This document shows, piece by piece, positions 14,031 through 28,214 of a DNA stretch of 64,000 nt; position 1 is the stretch's first letter; each line of letters starts with the position of its first letter. The notes under the pieces were generated by a model. The model was not told the origin of the DNA. It saw nothing but the letters and a program-made list of their open reading frames with translations, and ran no database searches. The position numbers and the translations under genes are program-made. This DNA comes from Octopus vulgaris (Eukaryota): assembly GCA_951406725.2 (NCBI GenBank), contig OX597817.1:152582001-152646000 (forward strand). Direction: 5' to 3'.

Positions 14031-15390
14031 TGTGTCGGCTGCTGTGATTATGCTAAGAGCATTAGATCGAATTAGATGCTGCAGTAATAATGAAGCAACA
14101 GAGGAGGGGAAAGAAGCGGAAGGGAAAAATTAGATCATTGCGACAAGTGTTGAACCAGAATCGAACCAATAATCCATACGATGATATCAGCAACCATCAC
14201 CAACACCTCCCTGTTAAGGTAATTGTGAGCAGTGCGACGTGATCCGGCAGTGAGTGCAGTAAATAACAGGTAGCTGTAAAGAGCAGCTGGAAGGAGGATG
14301 AGGAAGAGGAGATATTAACATATGTTAATGTGGTCAGCATTGCGTGTGTGTGTGTATGTGCGAGCGGCACCAGTGACACATACCACACACGAATGATATT
14401 ACCACTGACGAAACCAAACAAGTCACATAACTAGGACACAAAACCAGAAAACCGCTAAATACTTGTCAGCAACCCCCCTTCCTATCTTAAGTCCCTAACC
14501 CGAGGGGAGACAATGCATCATACAGAAAGGTTGGTGGCTTGTCACTCCAACCAACACAATTACAGTCGAGTGAAAAGCGCCAAAATACAAGCCTCCCCGC
14601 CAATTCGTGTGAAACCAGAAACAAAAAAAACAACATAAAACTAGTCTGCAGCCACCAGTGACCACTTGAAATGAGCTCAACTGACCGACATTAAGGGTAA
14701 TGGTGAGGGACGGTTTTGAAACCGGCTTTTTAACTGCTTGTTAAGTAGTCTAATTAAAAATTTCTACCAACATGCAACCGTCGCTTCAAGTGTAAAAAGC
14801 TGGTGGTGCACACACAACCCTTGTGTTCATTTAATTAAATCTGACAAGAGACACCCAACAAGGGTATTTTCAACATAGGCACTCAACCCTACCACCTTAA
14901 AAAAAAAAAGACACTAGCTAGTGCTTTCGAAGATACATTATTGGTGGAAAAAAAAAAAATGATATGGCCACGGCTGGAATGCCTTTGGCTAAACGTAGGT
15001 CTTGCTCGACCAGGACTGACTTGTGACCGATAGGCATCTACTCTATAAATTTATTGCCTCATAACTATAAAGTAGCTAACTCCAGCAAATCGTTTGCACA
15101 ACTATATTAGCAGTAGTAGTAGCAGCAGCAATGTATTTCGGCATTTGCTTCTGAAGACAGAGGAAAAAAAAAAAAATCAAAAAGAAAAAAGGGAGGAAAC
15201 CGCCATTACCATGTGAAGCGTCGGGAGTCATGAGGATTTCAACAGTTGAAAATTTTAATAGAACCCGAAACTTTCCTACTACATTTACTACTATCATCAT
15301 CACCACAAGGCAAACTGTTCACTATACGACAAGACCTCTTACATATCCAGCAAGAGAAATATCTTGATACGTCATCTGCTGATGACTTGC

Positions 15391-15453
<63 letters not shown>

Positions 15454-16099
15454 CATACATTCACACGCATACCGCATAGTTACTAAATGTAGCCTGTGTA
15501 TAGGGAAGTTAAGACATTTATTTCTCAGAACGCAGAGAATGAAAGAGTCGCCTCAGTTATATATATGTATCACCGATATATATATATATATGTATTTATA
15601 AAAGGAGGGAAACAAGTGAAATGCTAATAATATAACTGTTAGGCATTCATTCCCATGATGGAATCCAAAAGTATGATACAATTTTACAAATATATTAAAT
15701 TCTTTGCTCCAACAGAAAATAATACACAAGACGAAACTAATTATCCTACACACACACAAAAACAAAATGACGTTGATTTAATAATTAAAATAATGTAATC
15801 TACACATTGTGAAAAAAAAAAATAGTCACATTTTACAGGAAGGTTTCTCATCGGGATTTTTACATTTGAAACATGTTCGGCACAGTTTTAGGTCTGATAT
15901 GAAAACCTTAAAATAAAGTATATGCATTTTATCTGAGGTAAAAAAAAAAAAAAAAAATCTAGTTGAATGAAAAAATTTTGTCAAATGTTCATAAATTTGA
16001 GAAAATCTGAAAAAATTTATTAAAAATGTAAAAAAATTTCCATTTAACAACCTGCACTTTAAGCGCCAAGTTTATATACATACATGTGTGTGAGTATAT

Positions 16100-16345
16100 A
16101 TATATTATATTATATTAAATTAGAGATAAAACCACTATTAGGCAAATCAAACAGTGAAAAACATAAGCCAATACATAAAATTAATTAAAAAATATAAAAG
16201 TTAAAAATGAAAAAAAAATATTTAAATAATTTAAACTTGCCTAATAGTGGTTTTATCTCTAATTTAATATAATATAATATATTTATACTATAAAATTGGA
16301 TTTAATCCTAAATCTAATTTTTCCCTGTAAGTTTGGATTTATTCC
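16100..16345. repeat. Perfect 46-bp inverted repeat (16100-16145 / 16237-16282) in a repeat fragment inside (TA)n
   Basis: atatattatattatattaaattagagataaaaccactattaggcaa and its exact reverse complement. Confidence 0.9.
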
Positions 16346-17449
16346 CTAATATTATATATATATATATACACACACACACATATATATGTATAAATAAAAT
16401 AATAGACAGTTTCTATGGATACAGTCATTGATAAATGGAATACAGATTTTTGAAATGTAGACAAATTTCAGTCATCGAAGAGATGTTATCTCGAGAGAAA
16501 AGGACATTTTTGGGGAGGATTTATGACGGTTGTGGCGGATTTTAAAATAGACATTTTTTTTTTCTCCCACACATATTTCTATAGAGACGGAGATATTTGC
16601 TAGACATTCAAATGCTATAATAAATAGTCATATCCCCCCCCCCACTAGGGTCTTCTGTTGTAAAATAAATGAAACCCTGCAAATATATATATATATGTGT
16701 ATGTATATATTTATATAAAATGGAAATAAATCCTGTTAAATTTCTGCGGTTACACAGAGAAGAATTTAAATTCTTAGGATATCCTAAAATGCGCATATCC
16801 ATATATAAAACACAGATTTCAATCTGCTTACAATAGGCATTTTATTTTCATGTTAAGCATATTCTGTGGCCTTTTTTAAACGCTTATAACCACGTCTTTC
16901 ATCACCACGCAACCAATTTCATGCGACTATATAACCAGACACACACACACATGTGACTAATATATATATATATATATAACCCACACACCCTATGCATACA
17001 ACTAAGTGCTTATACGAGCCATTGAAAGAGAGAGAGAGAGAGAAAGAGCCACTTGGTGGTCATTCTAACGGCTAGAAATAGCAGTCAAACCGCCCTCAAA
17101 TCATAGACAATCATCTCGAAAAAGAACACATCGGGCAATGTACTCTTACATACATCTAGAAAGACAGGATGGTCATAGCTGGAGTGTCTTTGACCCATAA
17201 AGTCTGTCCGAACAGGGTTGACATGGGCTAAACAACTCTCAAGTGCTACTCAGCCGGCTTTTATTACTTGGCTATATAACAGACATACAAGAAACAAGAT
17301 CAAACCCGTCTCCATTATTAATATTTTTTTCTTCTTTTTCCCCATTTTTAAGCCATTAGTAATTACAAATCTCTTATTCCATCTACGTTAAAAAAAAAAT
17401 GAAAAACTGCAACGGGAAGCTAGAATAAATATATATTATGTATGTAGGT

Positions 17450-17485
<36 letters not shown>

Positions 17486-17787
17486 GCCTCAGTAATGGTG
17501 AGATTTTGAAAAGGAAGATGCGAGAACACTTATGGTCGTGAAATGTATGGAAATGGAGGAACAGAAAGAGACATATATATATATATATGTATGTATGTAT
17601 GCGAAGGATTTTTTTTATTATTTGAGTCTGTCGTTTATTGAATGAGGAATTTCATTTAAACAAAAATGTTCCCATCCATTTTTTAAAAAAGTGACATCTT
17701 GTTATTCAAGAAAAAAAAAAAAATCTAATAATAGATCAAATATCTCTGTTTTAAAATAGACATGTTCATTTGTCTGACTATATATAA

Positions 17788-17832
<45 letters not shown>

Positions 17833-17942
17833 AATAATATATATATATAATAAGGAGTATATCCAAACTTACAGGGAAAAATTAGATTTAGGATTAAATC
17901 AAATTTCACAGTATAAATATATATATATGTATATATTTCACA

Positions 17943-17970
<28 letters not shown>

Positions 17971-17973
<3 letters not shown>

Positions 17974-18207
17974 GCAAGCTGTATATATATATATATATGT
18001 ATATACAGCAAGCTGTATATATATATATGTATATACAGCAAGCTGTATATATATATGTATGTATATACAGCAAGCTGTATATATATATGTATGTATATAC
18101 AGCAAGCTGTATATATATATGTATGTATATACAGCAAGCTGTATATATATATGTATGTATATACAGCAAGCTGTATATATATATGTATGTATATACAGCA
18201 AGCTGTA
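17971..18207. repeat. Minisatellite, ~32-bp unit x8
   Basis: acagcaagctgtatatatatatgtatgtatat-like units with cores near 17973, 18005, 18035, 18067, 18099, 18131, 18163, 18195. Confidence 0.92.
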
Positions 18208-18374
18208 TGAGAATTTTATATCTGAGTATATATAAAATAAAATATACCAGTAAGCTTGGAATATGTATATATATATATATACAGAACACATTACACCAAA
18301 CTGATTATATATATATATGTGTATATATATAATCAAAGTAAGCAACAAGAATATCTTCAGTAATTTATAGATGC

Positions 18375-18405
<31 letters not shown>

Positions 18406-18768
18406 CACAACATACATATTGTCATACAGGTTATATATTTGGAAATATAGATTATATATATATATATTATGCGTATATATAATATAGGTATTTCAGTGAT
18501 ATCAAAATGAAGATTGATAATATCTGACATCGCATACAAATTTTAAGAAATCATCTCACGATATAAAAAGGAAAAAAAAATTGCTCCGGTATGTATAAAA
18601 TCAGACTGTCATTTTATATAGCTGCTACATTCTACATACATTCTACACATATATATGCGTTTAAATTATCTTAAGCGTGTATGATGCCGAAATATTGAAC
18701 ACCATTTAATCCCAAGTCCATTTACAATATGTATCAGCTTACAAAATATCCGACACATACAATATTAT

Positions 18769-18809
<41 letters not shown>

Positions 18810-19368
18810 TGCATAACAAGCAGTAAGATCTGGGTTCGATCTCAGTTGAGGGAACTCGATGACCTTTTTTGTCACAAATTGTCTAATATTTCTCAAAAAT
18901 TTGTAAGACCATGACATGATACGACATACACACGCATAATTAGCAATTAATCTATTAAATAACACGGACAGATATATGTATATATAGGTATATATATATG
19001 TTTTATATGTATATATAAAGGTCTTGATGGGTTGAGGAGAGAAGACATTGTTGAAATATGGAATCGAAAGAGAAGAAAAAAAAGTCTCCCCGCCTCATTT
19101 TTTTTATTGAAACAAGATCGAAGATACATTTTATATGTACGAATTGTCTTTATATATCTATGATGACTTGGTCTCAATGAAAAATTTTCTTTTTTTTTCC
19201 ATCCATCAAACGGTAAAAAGCGAAAGAAGGGGGGGAAAAAAAGCAACAAGATGTCAGCAGACGATAACGAATCTATATAAATGTGTGTGTGTCATTTTGT
19301 ACAAGAAATACTGATTGTTACACTGAAGAAATGATTGAAAAGAAGAGAATAAACAAGTGTCAACTTAC

Positions 19369-19371
19369 CAT
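19369..19371 (-). CDS. CaM: Calmodulin distal alternative first exon, coding part (ATG only)
   Basis: Minus strand ...attaacactATG|gtaagttg, a consensus donor in phase 0, preceded by ~140 nt of unique, ATG-free leader and a TCAGTT initiator-like motif at 19506-19511. Confidence 0.7.
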
Positions 19372-19499
19372 AGTGTTAATTATCAATGGAAAAAAAAAAG
19401 GGGTATTTTGTAATAATAATAATAAGCCGGGTGTGAGGTGAGCAGTGGCTGGCTTCTTTTACTGTTGTAATGTAATATAAGAGTTAAGACAGCCGCCGT

Positions 19500-19730
19500 C
19501 CCTTAAACTGAACTGGTTAGAGAGAGTGAGAGTGTGCGAGAGAGATACAGTGATAGATAGACTGGGAAGTGAGAGCGATAGACTAAAACACAGAGAGAGT
19601 ATGTGTATGAGTAATGAAAGGAGGAGTAACGAGGAAATACAGAGGGGTACTGATGAAAGCTATAGTGCAATAGAGAGTGTGCGAGGATAAATCGGAGAGA
19701 CTGAGAGAGAGTGTGTTTTACTGAGATAGT
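19500..19730 (-). promoter_or_regulatory. Putative distal CaM promoter (TATA-less, Inr TCAGTT, GA-repeat rich)
   Basis: TCAGTT at 19511-19506 with GAGAG-rich sequence upstream. The adjacent ctctctaaccag could instead be a splice acceptor. Confidence 0.4.
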
Positions 19731-20147
19731 CGCAAAGGAGGAATGGGAGAAGTTATAGTATAACAGAAAGGGTGTGTATGTAATGCAGGAGGGAGATGGA
19801 TAAAATAGAAGCAGAAAAGGAGGGGGAATAGGAATAGTAAGGGGAGGAAGTAAGAGTAAATACTAGAGGAATAACCGGAGTAGTAAAGAGGAATAGAGAT
19901 AGATAGGTAGAAGGTTGTAAAGGGAGGGAAAAATGGGTGTGCAAACTTTATTACAAAAGAAGGTACTACTAGTCTTAGTACGACTAGTAGTAGTAGTATC
20001 TACTATTTATTTTTCTCTCTATCTATAACCTGTTTTACACTGGCTTGCCTTACTATAGTATAATAGAGAGGGTTGTCTTTTATTTAAAAAAAAAAAGATA
20101 CGACTAGTAATACAGAGCTCGTAGGGGAATCTTGACTGTTGAATTTA

Positions 20148-20191
20148 CAAGATGGCGACAGCGGCGTCGTTGATGGTGACAAAATGGCGGT
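20148..20191 (+). promoter_or_regulatory. Two YY1-like motifs (CAAGATGGCG, AAAATGGCGG)
   Basis: Match to the YY1/Pho core AANATGGCG in a locally CpG-containing patch ~650 bp upstream of the distal CaM exon. Confidence 0.4.
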
Positions 20192-22692
20192 GGTGGCTGC
20201 TGCTGCTGTGTTGCTACATACTGTTGCTGTTGCTGCTGCTAGTGCTGGTACTGCGACGGTTGCTGCTGCTGTTGTCAGTGTAACGCATTGATACTGACAC
20301 ACGTATATACACTCATCGATAAAGCTGCGTACATACTCACACACGACGCATACATTTACGTATTAAGCAAACACACGCATGGCTATACTGATACACATGC
20401 ACACACATGTGTACACACTGTTGATAGTGTGACATAATGGGTTATAGTGTAGGACAGCTAGAAGCTACGTCACATTCATATAAAACACATACATACATAC
20501 ATAGACACACATATACACATATATACGCAAAGTCCTCTTCCCATTACTCTTACTTTATTCTACCTAGATTGAGGAGGAGGAAGGGGATTGTCTCTGAAGA
20601 GTTTGATCGCGGATGGACACGAGATAGACTAAGATAAAGACGAGAGAGAGAGAGAGAGATAGATAGATAAAGAGAGAGAGAGAGAAGAATTAAATTTAAG
20701 AGTTAGAAAGTAAAAGGTGACAAAGATAGATGAAGCGTTAGCAAGGAGAGTAAAAGATTAAGACAAATAGACAGATACAAAAAAAAAAAGGAAAAGAGAA
20801 TAAGGTAGATTAAATCGATAGAATACAAGAGAAGATAGAGAGAGAGAGAGAAAAGGCATTGATCGATAAAGAAGCAATAAATAGAGTAAGAGTGAAGTCA
20901 CAAGAGGGAGTGTAAAGGATAAAATAGAGAGTATGATAGAAAGAGCAAGGTAAAGGCAGAGAGCGATAGAGAGAGGGAAGAAGGAAAGAGTGGGAGGAAG
21001 AAAGTCAAAAGATTTGAAAAAGATGGGGGAGTATGTTGGAGTGAAGCTATCAATAAAGGGAGTGTCTTTAACTTTTATGAGGCACACTGTCTTCACTATA
21101 ACTATGTACGTGCTACATGTTATCCATGTGTGTGTGTGTGTGTGTGACATTTTGTAAGTTTACATATGCATATGTATGTATTTTTCTGTGTGCGCGCGTG
21201 CACACGTATATGTATGTATGTATGTATGTATGTTCCTGTTCGTATAACCAAACACACGTGTGTATGGTTCCCTGTATGTGTTTGTCTAAACACATATTTG
21301 ACAACGTTACTTGTGTTCTATTAAACACATATACACACAGATATAGATATATTTTTGCCGGTATATAAGGGTGTGTGCTACAATTTCAACATGTGTCTTC
21401 ACACACACACACATTTATCACAAATATGTATTGTATATATATATATATATATATAAATATGTATATATACATATATAAATATATGTATGTATATATATAT
21501 ATATATATATATACCGTGTCAAAGCTTGACTACATATGAAGAAACTATAAATGAATATGTATACACACATACACATATCTGTATGTACGTGTGTATACAT
21601 ACATACACAGACACACACATATACACACACACATATATTTATATATATACACACACATATATTTATATATGTACACACACATATATATATACATATACAT
21701 ACATTGCCGCAATATAATACGCGTATGCTCAAATGTATTGGGTACTTATTACTGATGCAGTTGATATTCATCCGCGTTACGGCTCCCTCCCCCAATTATC
21801 GATATCCCATTCCTGGCTGCTCTCTTTCTACTTCTATATTTATCTAGTTTATCTCTCTTCTACTCCCCTTTCTATATATACTATTTATCTATTTCGCTTT
21901 CAATGCTTTCCCTCCATTTTTACCCCCCCCCCCCCCGTCATGTAAACGATTTATTAAAATCCTGACTGCCATAGAGAAAGACAAGACAAAAAAAAAATCG
22001 AATTGCAGGAAATTAGAGTAGATTTATGAAAAAAAAAATAAAATAAAACATTCTCTCATTCTCTCTCTCTCTCTCTCACATACACACATATTATTTTAAT
22101 TTAGTTTTGTGATCGGAAGCTTGCTCTATATCACTTTCTTGGGTTTCAACTGAACAGAAGCCATTAAGAATCAGTAAATAACAAATTTGCAGGTTTTTAT
22201 TTCATACTGGAAAAAGAACACCTCCTCTCCCCCTTGTTATTCCTTCTCTCAATTTAATCGAACATTAAAAATAATAATAATAATAATAGTAATATTGATC
22301 GATGATAGCAATAGTGTTGATCATCATGATCAGAATCAACATTAATCGAAATAATAACGGCAATAATGATCATCATTACGAATATCGTAATAAGCAACAG
22401 TAATAGCGTCATTTGTAACGCGGCAAAGTGGACTATTTTTTGTTGCATTTTAAAAAATAAAAAAAAAAAACGTTCTTCTCTCTCTTTTTAATCCTTCATT
22501 TTTCTTCTTTCTATCATTTCCCCTTAAATATTATCACTCTATCGTTTTTTTTTTGCTTCACCCACTCACTATGTAGCTTTCTCTTTTTCTCTGTCTTATT
22601 CTATTTACGCGCGTCAACGTTAGATGATGAAGAGAAAGAGAAAAAAGAAGAGATGAGAGAATTAAAAAAAAAAAAGAATACGTATGCGTGTA

Positions 22693-22761
<69 letters not shown>

Positions 22762-23360
22762 AAATATCTATGTAATTGTATGCGTAAGTGTATAAAACAA
22801 GGTGTGCTGCGGTGCGTCTGCTCAGTGTTAGGGCGCCAACATTTATAACTGAAACCATAGCAACGACGTTTTTCATTGGTCAGTTCACACCTGCAATGCG
22901 ACAGTAGTCGTCACTGCAGCTACAACAGTGGTGCTTCTGCTGCTACAATGATGGCGGCATGTGAGTGTCTGTGCGTATGTGTGTGTGTATGTGTGTGTGT
23001 TGGTGTGTAGCTATATGTGAGAATGAGTGCGTCAATATGTATACGTGTGTGTGTGTGTGTCTGTGTGCGAATCGGCGTATATGAGGGCGGTTTATGTATG
23101 TCTATGTGTACAACAATATGAATATGTATGTATTCATATATATATATATGTTGTGTAGTATACACGTATCTATACAATATATAGTTGCCTCACTTTTTCT
23201 CTAAATACATAATTCTGTTACGTTGTTTCAAATACTCGATCTCTATTCTTTCTTCTCTCCATCTCATTTATACATATATGTGTGTATGTATGTATGTATG
23301 TATGTATGTATGTATGTATGTATGTATGTATGTATGTATGTATGTATGTATGTGCATGTG

Positions 23361-23396
<36 letters not shown>

Positions 23397-23530
23397 TGTA
23401 TGTATGTATGTATGTATGTATGTATGTACGTGTGTATGTATGTATGTGTGTGTGTATGTATGTGTGTAGTGTGTAGGTATGTATGTGTGTATGTATGTAT
23501 GTGTGTATGTATGTGTGTGTATAAATATAT

Positions 23531-23566
<36 letters not shown>

Positions 23567-23825
23567 ACGTATATGCGTGTTATATCCACGTGTGTAGCGG
23601 CGTATGTAGAGAGAAAAGGCGGCTATGGCTGCCAAACATTTAATACACCAAACGACAGCAAATCGACGACTTTTTCTTTCTCTTGATGGCTTTTTTCAAT
23701 CGGATGGACGGAGGAGACTCCACATTAATTCTCTTAATTACAGCACCACCAGCATTTTGGTGACTATTGTCTTGTCTTTTGTGTGAATGCATGTGTAGTG
23801 TGTGTGTGTGTGCGCGCGCGCTCGC

Positions 23826-23863
<38 letters not shown>

Positions 23864-23929
23864 GTATAATGTATGTATACATTTCTTCGTATATTGTTTC
23901 CTTTACAACACTAGTAGAAACAATTTTGA

Positions 23930-23991
<62 letters not shown>

Positions 23992-24046
23992 GTGTGTGCG
24001 CGTTTGGTGATCTCTCTCTATTTGTCTGTCTCTCTTTCTCTTTCTT

Positions 24047-24101
<55 letters not shown>

Positions 24102-24299
24102 CTGTCTGTCTGTCTGATATCTTTATATATATACTTCTATGCATGCATATCCATGCACTAAACTCTATGCAGAAATGCACAAGTATATGAATTATGTATG
24201 TATATATATATATCACTACTTATCGCTCTCTTTCTCATATATACTCGCATTTTCGTCCACATACGTGTACACTTTATTACACACAATATAAATGTTTGA

Positions 24300-24344
<45 letters not shown>

Positions 24345-24557
24345 TACATTTATGTATGTACTTATGTGTGTTTATGTGCGTGTGTGTGTGTGCTAGTATG
24401 TGTATATTTGTTTCGTAGTTAAGTGCATTATTATATATCGGCGTTTGGTGATGTCATTCGGCTGCGGAAAAGATCACATACACACTACGTATGTGCATAA
24501 TATATACACATATTTAAACATACATTATGTTTGCATATATTATGTACATGTATGTGC

Positions 24558-24642
<85 letters not shown>

Positions 24643-24843
24643 CGTACACATGCGCACACCAACGTACATTGTATTTATGTATATATATATATATATACGT
24701 ATATATATATATATATTTGTGTGTGTTTATATATATATACGAAGATACGGATTACAACACGAATATACATACACATATGTAAATGTATATATACGTATAT
24801 ATGCATATTATATATTTATCTATGTATGTATATTATATATATA

Positions 24844-24889
<46 letters not shown>

Positions 24890-26082
24890 ATGCATACATT
24901 CATACATACATAGCACACACACACACACATTGATCCAAAACATTTGTCGATCAATAAATAATATCTATAAAGCAGTGTGCTCGAGATATAAGCGGATGTG
25001 AATCTAATCAACCATTGGTTAAGGTGCAACTAAAGCCTGTCTTCCCTGAATCCCCGTAGCATTTTCAGTAACTCTTTAAAATGACGTCTGTGAAGGGTCT
25101 TGTACGAGTCCATATTTCAAATCTCGCTCATATAGTTGTGTTAGTGAGTGGGTGTGTACAGAAGACGACCAGTACACATACACTTATATATAGTAGTCTT
25201 TGCGCATACTCTGTTACTCAAACTTCAAAGTGAAACGTGATGTCTGCACATATGTAGATGCCACTCAACTCTTTCACCTGGATATCAGCAACGACTTCCA
25301 TTTACTCTGGTTCAAAGTTTCTCTACCTCCCTACTTTTAGAAATATTTCTCTTTTTCTACCACTCCCTGAAATCATACTTCGCCCTTCGCCGAGAGCATC
25401 TATCTCACTTCAATTGTCATGTTTGTCATTTACCCCTCTCTGAATTCATTGTTCTCTGTGACGACGGCTTTTAGTTCTCACGGTCACCCTACGATGATGT
25501 CGCCGACGTAGAAACCGAATCTTTAAGCAATCCTTACTTGTCTACAAAAGTTAGTTTCATTCTATACAAGCATCCCTGACTAATACACAGACACTTCAAG
25601 TATCCTTGATTTCTTTCTTATCCTCGAATCTAATTGCTATCGTCTCCGCATCGAACGTGTCTTTCGACTGCCGCATCGCGACTGCTCACCGCACATCCTC
25701 ATATTACGCATTTCCAGTCATATAACTATTTTATGGTGGAATTTGGCGAAGATTGTTAGAGAGTTATTGAAGGAGCGTGCTTTTGCATTTAGCGTGATTG
25801 GGCATGTGATCGTGAGCCTAGCAGAGTGGAAACGAATGATACTATATTTATCAGTCTCACGACGATCATGGCTTTATTTATGATTACATTTATGCTATAA
25901 GGTCGATTATGCCACATTATGTCCCTGCGCCTATGTTTAGTGCTTTATAGATTTGGTTTTCTCCAAGCATTTCAGCTTTTAGCTTTGTCATTGACACCAC
26001 TTCTTGTTAAGGTTCTGTTACAGAGTAGGCAAACATTGATTATCTGACTGATAGCTTTGATCTGTTCATATTATATGTCACA

Positions 26083-26313
26083 GGCGGCGAGCTGGCAGAA
26101 ACGTTAGCACGCCGGGCGAAATGTGTAGCCGTATTTCGTCTGCCGTTACGTTCTGAGTTCAAATTCCGCCGAGGTCGACTTTGCCTTTCATCCTTTCGGG
26201 GTCGATAAATTAAGTACCAGTTACGCACTGGGGTCGATGTAATCGACTTAATCTGTTTGTCTGTCCTTGTTTGTCCGGTCTATGTTTAGCCCCTTGTGGG
26301 TAATAAAGAAACA
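26083..26313 (+). mobile_element. SINE family C (Meta-domain-like), young copy
   Basis: gactttgcctttcatcctttcggggtcgataaattaagtacc central domain; 16-bp TSD catattatatgtcaca at 26067-26082 and 26314-26329. Confidence 0.9.
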
Positions 26314-26825
26314 CATATTATATGTCACAAAATTTGCTTCTGTTTGGTTAAATAATCTACTTCTTTTGCAAAAGATGTAGTGGAGGCATTTACAAAATAC
26401 CTTTTGGTGAAAAGAAGTGTTGAGAACTACTGTGCAACAATATCTATCGAGGACTTTCTCTTTACTTTCTGAGATAAAAAAACACAAGTATATGAGAGTG
26501 TGAATATGTGCGTGTATGTGTTCATCCTACACACATACACACACATCGTGTTTTAGATGAGCTCTTGTTGCGTTTTTCAAGTCAACGGATCATCTTAAAC
26601 ATTTGTATTGTAGCACGATTTAGGGCTGTCGTGTGAAAGATCTGTCTGTCTGTTAGTCTGTCTGCCTCTCTGTCTACCTGTCTGTCTATGTGTGTGTGTG
26701 TGTGCGTGCGTGCACGCGCACGTGTGTATTATATTTTTTGTATATATTATTTTTTTATATGTTTTTTGTATAATTCTGAACCACACACACACACACAAAT
26801 ATATACATATATGTGTATTTATATA

Positions 26826-27342
26826 CTAGCAGTATCGCCCGGCGTTGCTCGGGTTTGTAAGGGAAATAACTATATAAGCATTTTTAGAGAGTTACTTCCT
26901 TTATAGATGCCAATTCGGGCTTTCTTAGCCATTTCTGTTTTGGTGTCTTCAAGCCATGAAGTCGTTGTTCTAAAAGAACGCTGGTCTCCTTGACAACGCA
27001 TTACGACGTTGATTTCCTTAAACTCCCTTCCCCACAGCTTCACGAGGGAGGGAAGAAGGGGGAGAAGCAAACACAGGTGCAGGTGTTTGAGCGTGGACGC
27101 CAACTCCGCCGCCATCGACACACGAAAAATTATGCATTAAAATGGAATAAAAAATGATGTTAAATTATTTTTAAAATCGTAGACTCATCGTAGACGCGCG
27201 CTAATAGCCAGACGGGCTTGATATTAATCACGACTATAAGATACCCGAATTTGGTTAAACTGCACCGCAAAATGTGGGAGGAGTTAGGAATCTAAATCGT
27301 AGGAGGCAGACACTCACACAACTACAGTTTTATATATATAGA
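26826..27342 (-). mobile_element. Non-autonomous Helitron
   Basis: 5' TC, 3' CTAG, subterminal hairpin cccgagcaacgccggg, inserted between A and T; near-identical to 34647-35159. Confidence 0.85.
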
Positions 27343-27887
27343 TATACATACACACACACATATATTTTACTGTACATACACACATATATGTATATATACA
27401 TACACACACATATTTTACTGTATACACACACACACACACACACTCTCACGCAGTGCAAGACTGTTTTAGGACTCCACCCATCAATTATTAAAATCCCAAA
27501 ACTGCGTCATCTTAAATATTTATCTATTACCAAAGATTAAGACGGATTTTAAACTTTTTCTCCGAGGAGTACTTTGTGTGTCTTTTTATCAGCTAAGTTT
27601 TGTATGATATATCAGTAATCAATTTTTCGGCTGAATTCCTATTCAATAGTGAAGCTAGCTAATGTTGCCAGACGACCTTGCAATATGATTTTTATGTAGT
27701 ATTTTGTTTCATTAGTTTAAGGAAGATGTATGTTATTATATTCATATGAGTTTGGCTGTATGTTTTGTAGAGATTACTGGATTGTCCTGTAGGAATAGAC
27801 TGAAAAAAAAAAAGGGGTTATAAGAAGGGTTCTTGTGGTTTTCTAGATACCACATTGTGATATAACTTACTGTAATATGGTAATGTC

Positions 27888-28105
27888 CGAGTGGGTGATG
27901 AAAAGTTCCTGGCTTCACGGGTATCGCGAAAGGCCTGGTTTGAGACTCAGCCTTCTGTGTTCTTTTACAGGACTTAAAAAAAACTGAAGGGCTGCTGTAA
28001 TAAGTGTGTGAATCTGAGAGGAGAATATGTTGAATAAAATTATATTTAACTGATCCTCCTGTATTTTCTTTTACCCGAAGCCAGAAACTTCTCAGCACAC
28101 CCTCG
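27888..28105. mobile_element. mariner-derived MITE
   Basis: Imperfect TIRs cgagtgggtgatgaaaagttcctggctt / aagccagaaacttctcagcacaccctcg followed by TA. Confidence 0.75.
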
Positions 28106-28214
28106 TACGGCTGTACAGTCCATCTAGTTGTAAGTAAGTTCCGCATAGTGGTATGGCTTACTGTAGAAAGTAGGCACTATACGTTAAGTACAACACAAAT
28201 AACTGTAAAATAAG

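Noticed and set aside
15372-15387. CTGATGA in a small hairpin within the CaM intron as a possible hammerhead or box C/D motif
   Set aside because: No downstream GAAA or stems; flanked by microsatellite
18815-18870. B-box-like gggttcgatctc followed by T6, a possible Pol III RNA
   Set aside because: No A box or cloverleaf; more likely a decayed SINE head
26870-27121. ORF also found at 34852-35115, suggesting a duplicated gene
   Set aside because: Both lie inside copies of the same non-autonomous Helitron; no domain similarity recognised
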